Shown piece after piece: positions 26,634-35,258 of a stretch of DNA of 64,000 bases. The stretch is from Endomicrobiales bacterium (GTDB taxonomy: Bacteria; Elusimicrobiota; Endomicrobiia; Endomicrobiales; JALOBY01). The translations under genes and the position numbers were made by a program. Under the pieces are notes generated by a model, which did not search any database, was not told the DNA's origin, and saw only the letters and a list, made by a program, of their open reading frames with translations. Numbering within the stretch: position 1 is the first letter of the stretch; each line of letters opens with the position of its first letter. The DNA lies in assembly GCA_023228045.1 (NCBI GenBank), contig JALOBY010000003.1, positions 1,294 to 65,293 of the forward strand, given 5' to 3'.

Positions 26634-28916
26634 TTATTTAAAATTCCCTGCAAGCCAAGCTTGGCCTAACGATATGCCGCCATCATTTGTTGGCACAAAT
26701 TCATTTGTGTAGTAATTTGCACCCAAAGGTTCAAGTTTAGTTTTAAGTAATTCTAAAAGAACTTTGTTCTGAAACACTCCGCCACTAAAAATAACGGTTT
26801 TTGTTTCAAGTTCAATACTAAGCTTTTTAAACACATCAACAACAATTTGCGCAATCATTAAATGGAACTTTGCACTAATTATGCTTGTTGGAGTTTTATT
26901 AAAAAAATCTTTGATAATTTCTCTTATTGATTGATCAATGTTAATTAAAATTTTATCGTCATTTTTCTTGAATATAAAATTATAACCTTTTTGTGGCTTT
27001 ATGTCTAACGCAATGGCCTCAAGTGCCATTGCTGAGTGCGCCTCATAGGAGGATGTTAATTGAAGACCAGTTATTGCCGCTACAGCATCAAATATTCTGC
27101 CAACGCTAGATGATTTTTGACATTGTCCTTTTTCAATCATTTCAAGGATGGTTTTGTATGGGAAAGCCTTTAAGTGTTTTGGAATATCTTTGACACCAGC
27201 TTTATGCAAAAGTGAAAGACCAACTTTCCATATATTTTTTGATGCGTCATCACCACTTGGAAGGTCAAAATAATCAAAATGTGCCTTGCGTAAAAACTTT
27301 TTACCGTCAAAATAAAAGCATTCCCCACCCCAAATTGCACCGTCTTGCCCATATCCAGTACCGTCAAATGCAAAGCCAATTAATGGTTTTTTTAGTCTGT
27401 TTTCTGCCATAACAGAAGCAATGTGTGCATGGTGATGCTGTATTGATACTTTTGTAACTTTGGGGTTTCTCATTGTAATTTCATCTGCCAAGTGTGTTGT
27501 TATGTAGTTTGGGTGAAGGTCACAAGCTACAATAGACGGTGAAACAGTAAGAAATTTTGAAAACTTATTGATAGCTTCTTTTTGGAAATTTATTGCCTCT
27601 AAGTTATTCATGTCACCAAGGTATTGTGAGACGTATGCTTTATTACCTCTTGTTATGCAAATGGAATTTTTTAACTCCGCGCCAAGCGCTAAAATACTGC
27701 CGTATGATTGCTTATTAAATATTTTAATAGGTTCTGGCGTGTAACCCCGACTTTTTCTTACAAAAGCTTTTTTATTTGACAGTGGGTTATGAAATACTAT
27801 TGAATCATCTAATCGGTTATGTATTGGCCTATTGTTTGTTAAAAAGAAATCTGCGATATTGTTGATTTCTTTATAAGCGCTATCGTCAATGCAAATTGGT
27901 TCATCGCTTTTGTTGCCAGATGTCATAACCAAAGCATTTAATTTGTTATCAGTAAATAGCAAATGGTGCAATGGCGCATTTGGCAACATAATCCCAAGTG
28001 AGTGATTGTTATTGGCAAGGTGTTTTGTGGTAAGTTTTGTGGATTTCCTTTTTTTGCATAATACAATTGGTGCTTGATGTGAGTTAAGTAAGTTTTTTTC
28101 AAGGGGCGTTATTAAACAGTATTTTTTTGCAATTTCAATGTTTTTTACCATTAGAGCAAGAGGTTTTTGCTCGCGATTTTTGTGTTTCCTTAATAAAGCC
28201 ACAGTTTTTTTGTTGAATGCATTACAAGCAAGGTGATAACCACCAATACTTTTTATAGCTAATATTTTGCCATTTAATAATTCATCTATTGAGCGCTTAA
28301 TGGCATTTGTTTGTTTTGCAATAACTTTTGCCTTATTTGTTGTTAGCAGAAGAGATGGCCCGCATAGCTCGCAGGCATTTGGCTGTGCGTGGAACCTACG
28401 GTTTGACTGGTTTGTGTACTCTGCAGAGCATTCTTTACATAATTGAAACTTAGACATTGTTGTGTTTTTTCTATCATATGGTACCGCTTTTATTATGCTG
28501 AACCTTGGTCCACAATCGACACAGCTTATAAAAGGATAATTGTAGCGACGGTCACTTGGCGTTGACATTTCCGTTATACAGTTTTTACAAACTGCTATAT
28601 CTGGCGGAATGTCTACACTTGATTTATTATCAGATGTACTTTTTAAAATTGTTAAGAGATCAAACTTGCGGTATCTAATATATTTAAGTGCCACTTTTTC
28701 AAGTTTGGCTAAGGTTGGTAGGCGAGTTGGTAAAAGCTTTAAAAAAGCGTCAATGCGTGCCTTTTTGCCTGTTAATATGCATAAAACAGAGGATGATGTG
28801 TTGCTAATTTGCCCTAAAAGTTTTTGAGTTTTTGCAATACGGTAAAGAGTAGGCCTAAAACCAATGCCCTGCACAGTACCAAATAGTTTTAATTGAATAG
28901 TTTGTGTTTGTGACAT
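26634..28916 (-). CDS. hypF: carbamoyltransferase HypF
   Basis: It has an acylphosphatase-like segment ..LFGTVQGIGFRPTLYRIA.. and two CxxC..CxxC zinc-finger pairs (CKNC..CVDCGPRF, CKEC..CELCGPSL). It also has YrdC-like and Kae1-like regions. The track start is TTG 28952. ATG 28916 (MSQTQTIQLK..) is preferred. Confidence 0.88.
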   Translation of the reverse strand: MSQTQTIQLKLFGTVQGIGFRPTLYRIAKTQKLLGQISNTSSSVLCILTGKKARIDAFLKLLPTRLPTLAKLEKVALKYIRYRKFDLLTILKSTSDNKSSVDIPPDIAVCKNCITEMSTPSDRRYNYPFISCVDCGPRFSIIKAVPYDRKNTTMSKFQLCKECSAEYTNQSNRRFHAQPNACELCGPSLLLTTNKAKVIAKQTNAIKRSIDELLNGKILAIKSIGGYHLACNAFNKKTVALLRKHKNREQKPLALMVKNIEIAKKYCLITPLEKNLLNSHQAPIVLCKKRKSTKLTTKHLANNNHSLGIMLPNAPLHHLLFTDNKLNALVMTSGNKSDEPICIDDSAYKEINNIADFFLTNNRPIHNRLDDSIVFHNPLSNKKAFVRKSRGYTPEPIKIFNKQSYGSILALGAELKNSICITRGNKAYVSQYLGDMNNLEAINFQKEAINKFSKFLTVSPSIVACDLHPNYITTHLADEITMRNPKVTKVSIQHHHAHIASVMAENRLKKPLIGFAFDGTGYGQDGAIWGGECFYFDGKKFLRKAHFDYFDLPSGDDASKNIWKVGLSLLHKAGVKDIPKHLKAFPYKTILEMIEKGQCQKSSSVGRIFDAVAAITGLQLTSSYEAHSAMALEAIALDIKPQKGYNFIFKKNDDKILINIDQSIREIIKDFFNKTPTSIISAKFHLMIAQIVVDVFKKLSIELETKTVIFSGGVFQNKVLLELLKTKLEPLGANYYTNEFVPTNDGGISLGQAWLAGNFK

Positions 28917-28928
28917 AATAATAAATAA

Positions 28929-28963
28929 AGCGGCGACATCTGATAATATCAAACGCCGCCGCT
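28929..28963 (-). terminator. GC-stem hairpin followed by a T-rich tract (terminator- or attenuator-like) 12 nt upstream of the hypF ATG
   Basis: The minus strand reads agcggcggcg-(15 nt, itself containing tgata/tatca)-tgtcgccgct and then ttatttattatt. The stem has 8 Watson-Crick pairs plus 2 G-U pairs. Confidence 0.3.
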
Positions 28964-28964
28964 A

Positions 28965-29125
28965 AACCCGGATTTTGCAATAGGATTTGGAATTCGTCAA
29001 AAGATATGGGGCACTTTTTTCCGCAAAAGCCTTGCTAATGGAATTACCATTACCTGCAACTTTTGCGTCAAAACTGCCTCCATCTCTTTCGCTTCGGTTC
29101 TCAAACCTATTGCAAAGTCCAGGTT
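28965..29125. repeat. 161-bp element with 20-bp terminal inverted repeats, copy A (MITE-like or structured-RNA-like)
   Basis: The ends are aacccggattttgcaatagg ... cctattgcaaagtccaggtt (18/20 complementary). By hand count it matches copy B (46887..47047) at about 141 of 161 positions with no indels. It is intergenic between the SurA-like gene and hypF. Confidence 0.8.
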
Positions 29126-29155
29126 GAAAGTCGTTTTTAGGTAAAATTAATTTAT

Positions 29156-30187
29156 TTAATTTTTCTTGATGCTTGCTTTTGAGCGTAGGTTTTCAAGCCA
29201 AGTTTCGTATTTTTTTTCAGCATTTGAACGATAAATATAATCTAAAAGATCATTTTTCGTTTCTTCAAATGACATTTTTTTGCTTGCTTTTTTTTCATCA
29301 ACTTTGATTATGTGATAGCCAAAGCTTGTAAGTATTGGTTCTGAGACAGTACCGACATTTTGAGAAAATGCTGCTTTTTCAAACTCAGGAACCATATCGC
29401 CCTTAGCAAAATAACCAAGGTCTCCGCCACGCTGCTTTGAGCCCGTGTCATCGGAGTATTTTTCGGCTAATACAGAAAAATCAGCATCTTTAAGCAATGC
29501 TTCTTTTCTTATTTTTTTTGCTTTATTTAAAGCGTCAGTTTTCATTGATGTGGATGCGTTTTTGTCAACCTTTATTAAAATATGGCGAGCTCTTACCTGC
29601 TCAGACGAGAGGCGAGCGAAAACATTTACTAACGCATCATAATTTGCATCGCCAGATGGCGCTTTGTTTGCTTCTGCAAGATTTAATTGAACTTTATCAT
29701 ATAGAGCTTTTGCTTCCAGATCGCTTGGTTTTGGTATATTTGCTTTTACTTCATTTTCAATTAACTTCATAACCATTAGTTGTTCTTCAATGCGTTTTTC
29801 AAACTGAGTATTTGTTAGACCATTGTTTTTTAGCTCTGACTGATACTCTGCTTCAGTTGCAAAGCGTTTCTTTACTGTATCTAAACCGTTTGCTATATCT
29901 CTTTTGGTTACTTTTATTTTTGCCTTTGTAGCTTGTTGTTTTAGAAGTTTTTCGTCGATCATTTGATCCAATAATTTACTTTTAAACTCTTCAATTTTTG
30001 CTGGTGATTGCTCGGCAGGTGGCGCACTTTTTGCGTACTGTTCTATCATTGGTTGTGCGTTTTTCTCAAACTCACTTTGCATAATAGCTTCGCCATTTAC
30101 TACGGCTATTGCTTTATCGACAACTTTTGCGCTACAAATGCTAACAGATGCAAGAAATAAAACAAATAAAAACACAACATTTTTCAT
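29156..30187 (-). CDS. SurA-like periplasmic chaperone / parvulin-type peptidyl-prolyl isomerase
   Basis: 343 aa. It has the signal peptide MKNVVFLFVLFLASVSICSA and the PpiC domain ..RARHILIKV..GGDLGYFAKGDMVPEFEKAAF..SFGYHIIKV.. Confidence 0.75.
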   Translation of the reverse strand: MKNVVFLFVLFLASVSICSAKVVDKAIAVVNGEAIMQSEFEKNAQPMIEQYAKSAPPAEQSPAKIEEFKSKLLDQMIDEKLLKQQATKAKIKVTKRDIANGLDTVKKRFATEAEYQSELKNNGLTNTQFEKRIEEQLMVMKLIENEVKANIPKPSDLEAKALYDKVQLNLAEANKAPSGDANYDALVNVFARLSSEQVRARHILIKVDKNASTSMKTDALNKAKKIRKEALLKDADFSVLAEKYSDDTGSKQRGGDLGYFAKGDMVPEFEKAAFSQNVGTVSEPILTSFGYHIIKVDEKKASKKMSFEETKNDLLDYIYRSNAEKKYETWLENLRSKASIKKN

Positions 30188-30201
30188 TATAATCTCCTAT
30201 A

Positions 30202-30270
30202 TCGCCCGCCCCTTGGGCGAGGTCTCGCCCACTCATACGAGTGAGGCGGACATCCCACCTTTAGCGGGAC
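30202..30270. repeat. cluster of GC-rich hairpins between the two PPIase genes
   Basis: tcgccc-gcccctt-gggcga (30202..30220) and tcgcccactc-atac-gagtg(a)ggcgga (30225..30250), plus a weaker third hairpin. This is a GC island in an AT-rich spacer. Confidence 0.55.
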
Positions 30271-30295
30271 TTAGTATTTTTCACTTCTTAATATT

Positions 30296-31201
30296 TTACT
30301 CTGCGCTTTGAGTGTTAGCTTTATTTTCTGAAAATGACGCGTTGTCTACTGCAACTTTCGCAAGAGAGTCATAGTCAATTTTTATGCCAAGCTTTTTCTT
30401 TGTTGCATCTAACCAAAGATCAAACTTGTTTTTCTCTAAGGAACGCTTAATAAGTTCTTTTGCTTGTTGATAAGGAATGGAAGATGCAACTTTTTGCGAT
30501 GATTTCATTATTATATGAAACCCGAATTGCGTTTGAACTATTTCTGCAATTTGCCCCACTTTAAGAGGAAATAATGCTTTTTCAAATTCCGGCAAGAGGT
30601 CTCCGCGTTTAAAAGGTCCAATTTGTCCGCCTTTATTTGCAGAAACAGGATCTATAGACATTTCAGAGGCAACCTTAGCAAAGCTTTCACCTGATTTAAT
30701 GCGCCGCATTGCTTTTTCTGCTAACTCTTTTGATGGCAGAAGTATGTGTTTTGCCATTACTTCAAGTGGCTTTTCAAATTCTGCCTTGTTTGTAATGTAA
30801 TAGTCATTTATATCTTTTTCAGTTACTTGCAATACACCTTTTTGTAGTTCTTTTACAAAAAGTTCAATGCGCATATTATCCCTAAACTCTTTTGCTTTTT
30901 TTGCACTTTCTTTGTTGAATTCATCCATGGAAGTTTTAAATTCCTTAGTTGCCTCCACACCAGCTTTTTTTGATGCCTCTACAATAATTTTTTCGCGAAT
31001 TAGAAGGTCTAAAAACTGTTTTTTGCCAGCATCTGATGTGAAAAAATTCCTGTAAAATGGTGATGTTTCGTTTAGGCGTTCTTTAACCATTTCCATGGAA
31101 ATCTTTTCCGAACCAACTTCCGCCACAATCACTTCTTTCTTAAAACAACCAGAAAATACTACACCAAAAATAAGAGTTGAGAAAATAATTGCTTTTTTCA
31201 T
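30296..31201 (-). CDS. PrsA-like lipoprotein, parvulin-type peptidyl-prolyl isomerase
   Basis: From ATG 31201 it reads MKKAIIFSTLIFGVVFSGC (lipobox), with GGAG 6 nt upstream. The PpiC domain is ..AKHILLPS..GGQIGPFKRGDLLPEFEKALF..QFGFHII.. The track start at 31297 would read through the repeat and the mfd end. Confidence 0.75.
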   Translation of the reverse strand: MKKAIIFSTLIFGVVFSGCFKKEVIVAEVGSEKISMEMVKERLNETSPFYRNFFTSDAGKKQFLDLLIREKIIVEASKKAGVEATKEFKTSMDEFNKESAKKAKEFRDNMRIELFVKELQKGVLQVTEKDINDYYITNKAEFEKPLEVMAKHILLPSKELAEKAMRRIKSGESFAKVASEMSIDPVSANKGGQIGPFKRGDLLPEFEKALFPLKVGQIAEIVQTQFGFHIIMKSSQKVASSIPYQQAKELIKRSLEKNKFDLWLDATKKKLGIKIDYDSLAKVAVDNASFSENKANTQSAE

Positions 31202-31214
31202 TGTTTCTCCGTTT

Positions 31215-31254
31215 AATCCCGCATTTTGTAACAGGATCTGGAATTTGACCGAAG
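31215..31254. repeat. partial (about 40 nt) copy C of one end of the 161-bp element
   Basis: aatcccgcattttgtaacaggatctggaatttgaccgaag matches 31 of 40 positions against the corresponding end of copy A. It ends about 14 nt upstream of the PrsA-like ATG. Confidence 0.5.
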
Positions 31255-31262
31255 CATAGTTC

Positions 31263-34200
31263 TCACCGGTCAAATTTAACCCTAGGCATGGTAGCATATT
31301 TGTTTATATTTGACAAGAAAACACTAAGCTGACTAATTAACATTTTCTGTGGCTCAGCGCTGTTGGTTTTTTTAAACCTTAAAAGTTGCGCCTTGTTTCG
31401 TGCAAATTCAAGTATATGATAATAATGTTTAATTAATGTTTTAAGCTTTTCTGCCGGAAATTGCACTTCAGGTTTAAAATAAATATTTAGATAGTTTTCA
31501 TCTTCCGCTATCGCACTGATCCCAGATGTTTGCGCTAATAATCTTAGTTTTGTTATTTCAAAAAGGTTTTCAAGCTCAATTGGTAAATTTCCAAAGCGAT
31601 CTTTAAGCTCAATAGCAATAGCAGTAAAATCATCAATTTTAGTAGCTGAAGCAAGCTTTCTGTAAAAAATTATACGAATATCTTCTTGTTCAATATATTG
31701 CGGTGGTATATATGCGGCTATTTTGAGGTCTATTTCTGTTCTTTCATCTATTTTTTGAAAGCTTGGTTTTATTTTACCGCTAGCCTCTTCTAAGAGGCGA
31801 GAAAATAGTTCAAAACCAACTTCTTTTGCAAAACCATGTTGTTGGGCTCCAAGAATACTTCCAGCTCCCCTAATTTCAAGGTCGCGTAAAGCAAGGCGAA
31901 AGCCAGAACCGAGCTCAGTAAACTCCTTAAGGGCAGTTAAACGCTTTTGCGCATCTTCACTTAATTTGCCAGGTGAATGGAATAAATAGCAATAGGCCTT
32001 TTGTTTTTCCCGTCCAATTCTCCCACGCAACTGGTATAGTTGAGCTAAACCAAAGTTTTCAGCATCTTCAATTATCATTGTATTTACACTCGGTATATCT
32101 AAACCAGATTCAATGATTGTTGTGGCTATTAGAATATCTGTTTTCCTATGCAGAAAGTCCCACATTGTTTTTTCTATTTGTGTTGGATTAAGCTGCCCGT
32201 GGATAACAGCGGTTTTTGCGTAAGGAACTATTGATTTAATCTGATTGGCCTTGGAAATCATTGAGTGAATTTGGTTATGCAGGTAATAAACCTGCCCCCC
32301 TCTTGAAAGTTCAGCCTCGATTATTTTTTTTACAATTTCTGTATCAAAGTGGCCTATATGGGTTTCTATTGGCAAACGCCCAAAAGGAGGAGTTTCAATT
32401 ACAGATAAATTTTTTAAGTTTGATAGTGACATTGAGATTGTTCTTGGAATTGGTGTCGCGGATAACAGCAATATGTCGGCATTTTTTTTCATTTGCTTTA
32501 TTTTTTCTTTTTGCTTTACGCCAAAACGATGTTCTTCGTCAATTATAAGCAATCCGAGATCTTTAAAAACTATATCCTTTTGCAGTAGGCGATGAGTTCC
32601 AACAACAATATCCACACTTCCATTAGATATCGCCTGAAGGGTTATTTTTTGATCTTTTTTGCTTTGAAAGCGGCTTAAGATTGCAACTCTTAGAGGAAAA
32701 GAGGCAAGACGGTTTGTTATTGTGTTGTAGTGTTGTTCCGCAAGAACTGTTGTTGGCACAAGTATGGCAACCTGTTTTGAATTTGTGGCGACTTTAAAGG
32801 CCGCTCGTATTGCCACTTCTGTTTTGCCAAAACCAACATCACCGCAAATGAGACGTTCCATTGGATAGGGTTTTTCTAAATCTTCAAAAACTTCAGAAAT
32901 TGCTTTATTCTGGTCAGGTGTTTCTTCATAAGCAAAAGAGTCGGCAAGCTCGCTTTCCCAAATTGTTTGCGCCGGGTAAGGTTGGCGCATTTCCGAGCGT
33001 CTTTGAGCGTAAAGCTTTAAAAGCTCATCGGCAATCTCTTTCGCCGATTCTTTTGCCTTAAGCTTTGCGCGTTCCCATGCAACTGTATCAAGCGAGTGTA
33101 GCTTTGGCCTAAAACCTTCTAAACCAATATATTTTTGTACCGAGTTAAAATCTTCTAAGGGTACATATAGTTTATCTTTGTGACGATATTCTATGGCAAG
33201 ATACTCCTTAATCTGCTCAGCACGCTCAATTTTTTTTAAACCAAGATATCTACCTATGCCGTATTTTTCGTGAACAACAAAGTCACCCTGCACAATTTCC
33301 CATAACCCCTCAAGGCGCCTTCCGCTTTTAAACTTTGGAAAGTTTGTTGGGTTGCGCCTGTAAAGTACTTCTTTAGATGTTATTACGGCTATTTTTTGTG
33401 AGTTTGAATAAAAGCTCTCTTCTAAAGCAGAAAGGTGGAATTTAATTTTATTTTTTGGAAGCTTATGAGTAAACACAATTTCTTCAATGCGTTCAAGTTC
33501 TCCGTTGTTTGAACAAAAAATGTGAGTATTAAAACCTTTTGCCAAGAAGTCGGAAAGCTCTTTTGAAAAGCCATCAATATTACCTGCCCAACGAGCAAAC
33601 TTAAAAAAATTCGCATCTATTGTCTTTTGTGTGGACTGGTTTAAAATAATATTTTCAAAACCACTGAAACTGCTGTTGTAAAAATCGGATTTAGTAAATA
33701 GCATTATAAGGGAATCAGTTAAAAGCCTCTGCAGTGTTGTTTGCGACTCTTCAACTGCAGGGAGAATTGCTAAGTTATTTAAAAAACCTTCGGAAAGTTG
33801 TGTGACAGGGTCAAAGTTTCTTAACGACTCTATTGAGTCGTAATAAAAAACAATTCGTACAGGTGCGCCTAAGCCAGCTGGCCAAATATCAAAAACTTCG
33901 CCTCTTTTAGAAAATTGTCCTTCTTGTTCAACGAATGAAGTTCGCTCATAACCAAGGGTGGTTGCCAAATTTGCAAGGTTGTTGTATTGAAAGTGCTGAG
34001 CGTTTGATAAATTTAAAGTAGTTTTTTTAAGAGTGTTAATATCAAATGTTTTTTGCGTAAGTGCTTGCGGTGATGTTACAATGTAGTTATACTTAATAGT
34101 TAATAATTTGGACAATGCAAGAACTCGTTGTAAGTGTGATTTTGATGGGAATGTTAAAACATTTATGCTTGAATTAAAGAAAACTTCGGATATGGCAGAA

Positions 34201-34328
34201 GCATCCGATGCATATTCTGTTATTTCCTCTTCATCGACTACAATCAAAATGTTTTGTTTTTTTGAGTAGTTCTTTAATAAGTAGTATGGAATGGCACTTT
34301 TAGGTAAATTGTTTATAGTTGTGTTCAT
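31263..34328 (-). CDS. mfd: transcription-repair coupling factor
   Basis: 1021 aa. It has a CarD/RID-like segment ..GDFVVHEKYGIGRY.., the helicase motifs ..GDVGFGKTEVA.. and ..DEEHRFGV.., and a TRG-like region. Confidence 0.88.
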   Translation of the reverse strand: MNTTINNLPKSAIPYYLLKNYSKKQNILIVVDEEEITEYASDASAISEVFFNSSINVLTFPSKSHLQRVLALSKLLTIKYNYIVTSPQALTQKTFDINTLKKTTLNLSNAQHFQYNNLANLATTLGYERTSFVEQEGQFSKRGEVFDIWPAGLGAPVRIVFYYDSIESLRNFDPVTQLSEGFLNNLAILPAVEESQTTLQRLLTDSLIMLFTKSDFYNSSFSGFENIILNQSTQKTIDANFFKFARWAGNIDGFSKELSDFLAKGFNTHIFCSNNGELERIEEIVFTHKLPKNKIKFHLSALEESFYSNSQKIAVITSKEVLYRRNPTNFPKFKSGRRLEGLWEIVQGDFVVHEKYGIGRYLGLKKIERAEQIKEYLAIEYRHKDKLYVPLEDFNSVQKYIGLEGFRPKLHSLDTVAWERAKLKAKESAKEIADELLKLYAQRRSEMRQPYPAQTIWESELADSFAYEETPDQNKAISEVFEDLEKPYPMERLICGDVGFGKTEVAIRAAFKVATNSKQVAILVPTTVLAEQHYNTITNRLASFPLRVAILSRFQSKKDQKITLQAISNGSVDIVVGTHRLLQKDIVFKDLGLLIIDEEHRFGVKQKEKIKQMKKNADILLLSATPIPRTISMSLSNLKNLSVIETPPFGRLPIETHIGHFDTEIVKKIIEAELSRGGQVYYLHNQIHSMISKANQIKSIVPYAKTAVIHGQLNPTQIEKTMWDFLHRKTDILIATTIIESGLDIPSVNTMIIEDAENFGLAQLYQLRGRIGREKQKAYCYLFHSPGKLSEDAQKRLTALKEFTELGSGFRLALRDLEIRGAGSILGAQQHGFAKEVGFELFSRLLEEASGKIKPSFQKIDERTEIDLKIAAYIPPQYIEQEDIRIIFYRKLASATKIDDFTAIAIELKDRFGNLPIELENLFEITKLRLLAQTSGISAIAEDENYLNIYFKPEVQFPAEKLKTLIKHYYHILEFARNKAQLLRFKKTNSAEPQKMLISQLSVFLSNINKYATMPRVKFDR

Positions 34329-34352
34329 TTTGATAGTTTCATTTTATAATTT

Positions 34353-34380
34353 TTGACAATTTGCTGCAATTTAATATAAA
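34353..34380 (+). promoter_or_regulatory. sigma70-type promoter for the AMMECR1 gene
   Basis: TTGACA (34353..34358), 16 nt, then TATAAA (34375..34380). AGAGG lies 8 nt before the ATG at 34429. Confidence 0.45.
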
Positions 34381-34428
34381 TTTAATTAACCGAAAGGCAA
34401 GAATCGTTAAGTTAAAAGAGGTAAATTT

Positions 34429-34983
34429 ATGGAAGAATTTATGATATCACAGGAAAGCAAAGATTTTTTGCTTAAAGTTGCAAGAGAGAGCATAGAATCA
34501 TTTTTAAAAGGTGGTTTAAAGAAAAACATGAAAACAAATGATGTGCAGTTAAATACCAATGCAGCGGTTTTTGTTACGCTTATGAAAAACAACAACTTGC
34601 GAGGATGCATTGGCACAACGGCGGCATATAAACCGTTATATAAAGCTGTTGCGCAAATGGCTGTAGCTGCTGCAATTGAGGACACTCGTTTCAATGAAGT
34701 TGGTTTAGAAGAGTTAAATGACATTAAAATTGAAATTTCTGTGCTTTCACCACTTGCCAGAGTAAAAAGTGCAGAAAAGATAAGGCGAAATATAGATGGT
34801 GTTATGGTAAAAAAAGAAAATAGAAGTGGCCTATTTTTACCTCAGGTATGGAAAGAGTTACCAAATAAGGAAGATTTTTTAAGTGAGCTTTGCTCCCAAA
34901 AAGCAGGGCTTGAAAGCGACGCATGGAAAGACGAAAGCACGGAACTATATACTTTTAGCGTGGTGTCATTTGAGGATAAGTAA
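34429..34983 (+). CDS. AMMECR1 domain protein (AmmeMemoRadiSam system protein A family)
   Basis: 184 aa. It has ..AAVFVTL..NNLRGCIGT.. and ..SGLFLPQVW.. It is the only plus-strand gene in the window. Confidence 0.75.
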   Translation: MEEFMISQESKDFLLKVARESIESFLKGGLKKNMKTNDVQLNTNAAVFVTLMKNNNLRGCIGTTAAYKPLYKAVAQMAVAAAIEDTRFNEVGLEELNDIKIEISVLSPLARVKSAEKIRRNIDGVMVKKENRSGLFLPQVWKELPNKEDFLSELCSQKAGLESDAWKDESTELYTFSVVSFEDK

Positions 34984-35094
34984 AATTTAAAACTGTAAAC
35001 ACTTCATTCTATCTGTTATTTTGGATTACATACGTCCAATTTGGGCAGCATATTTCGTAGATTAGTCATTTTTAGATTTGAAAATGTCTTTGAT

Positions 35095-35168
35095 GTCATT
35101 GCGGTGAAAACCGCAATCCAGCTCTTCATTGATTCTGTTTCCTGGATACCGGCTTGCGCCGGTATGAC
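35095..35168. repeat. inverted pair of 27-nt GC-rich hairpin units (GTCAT-stem-loop-stem-ATCCAG)
   Basis: Unit X, 35095..35121, is gtcat-tgcgg-tgaaaa-ccgca-atccag. Unit Y, 35142..35168, read on the minus strand, is gtcat-accggc-gcaa-gccggt-atccag. The flanks are identical, the stems differ but both pair, and the units are 20 nt apart. They lie in the convergent gap between AMMECR1 and etfA. Confidence 0.65.
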
Positions 35169-35258
35169 GGCTAATTCTGTTAACTATGATTTTAGATGAA
35201 AATTTAGTTTTTTACGATAGTTAAACAAACAGGTGTGATAAAATTTAGACAATTAAAC

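Noticed and set aside
28965-29125. The 161-bp element as a small protein-coding gene. One frame is open through both full copies.
   Set aside because: Copy A has no ATG, GTG or TTG start in that frame. At least 14 of the roughly 20 differences between the copies are non-synonymous. The conservation instead tracks the inverted repeats and hairpins.
26563-35168. The GC-rich hairpins (26573-26603, 30202-30270, 35095-35168) as a CRISPR array or tRNA-like genes.
   Set aside because: There is no regular repeat-spacer periodicity and no cas genes. The hairpins are single or paired, and none has a cloverleaf-compatible arrangement or tRNA length.
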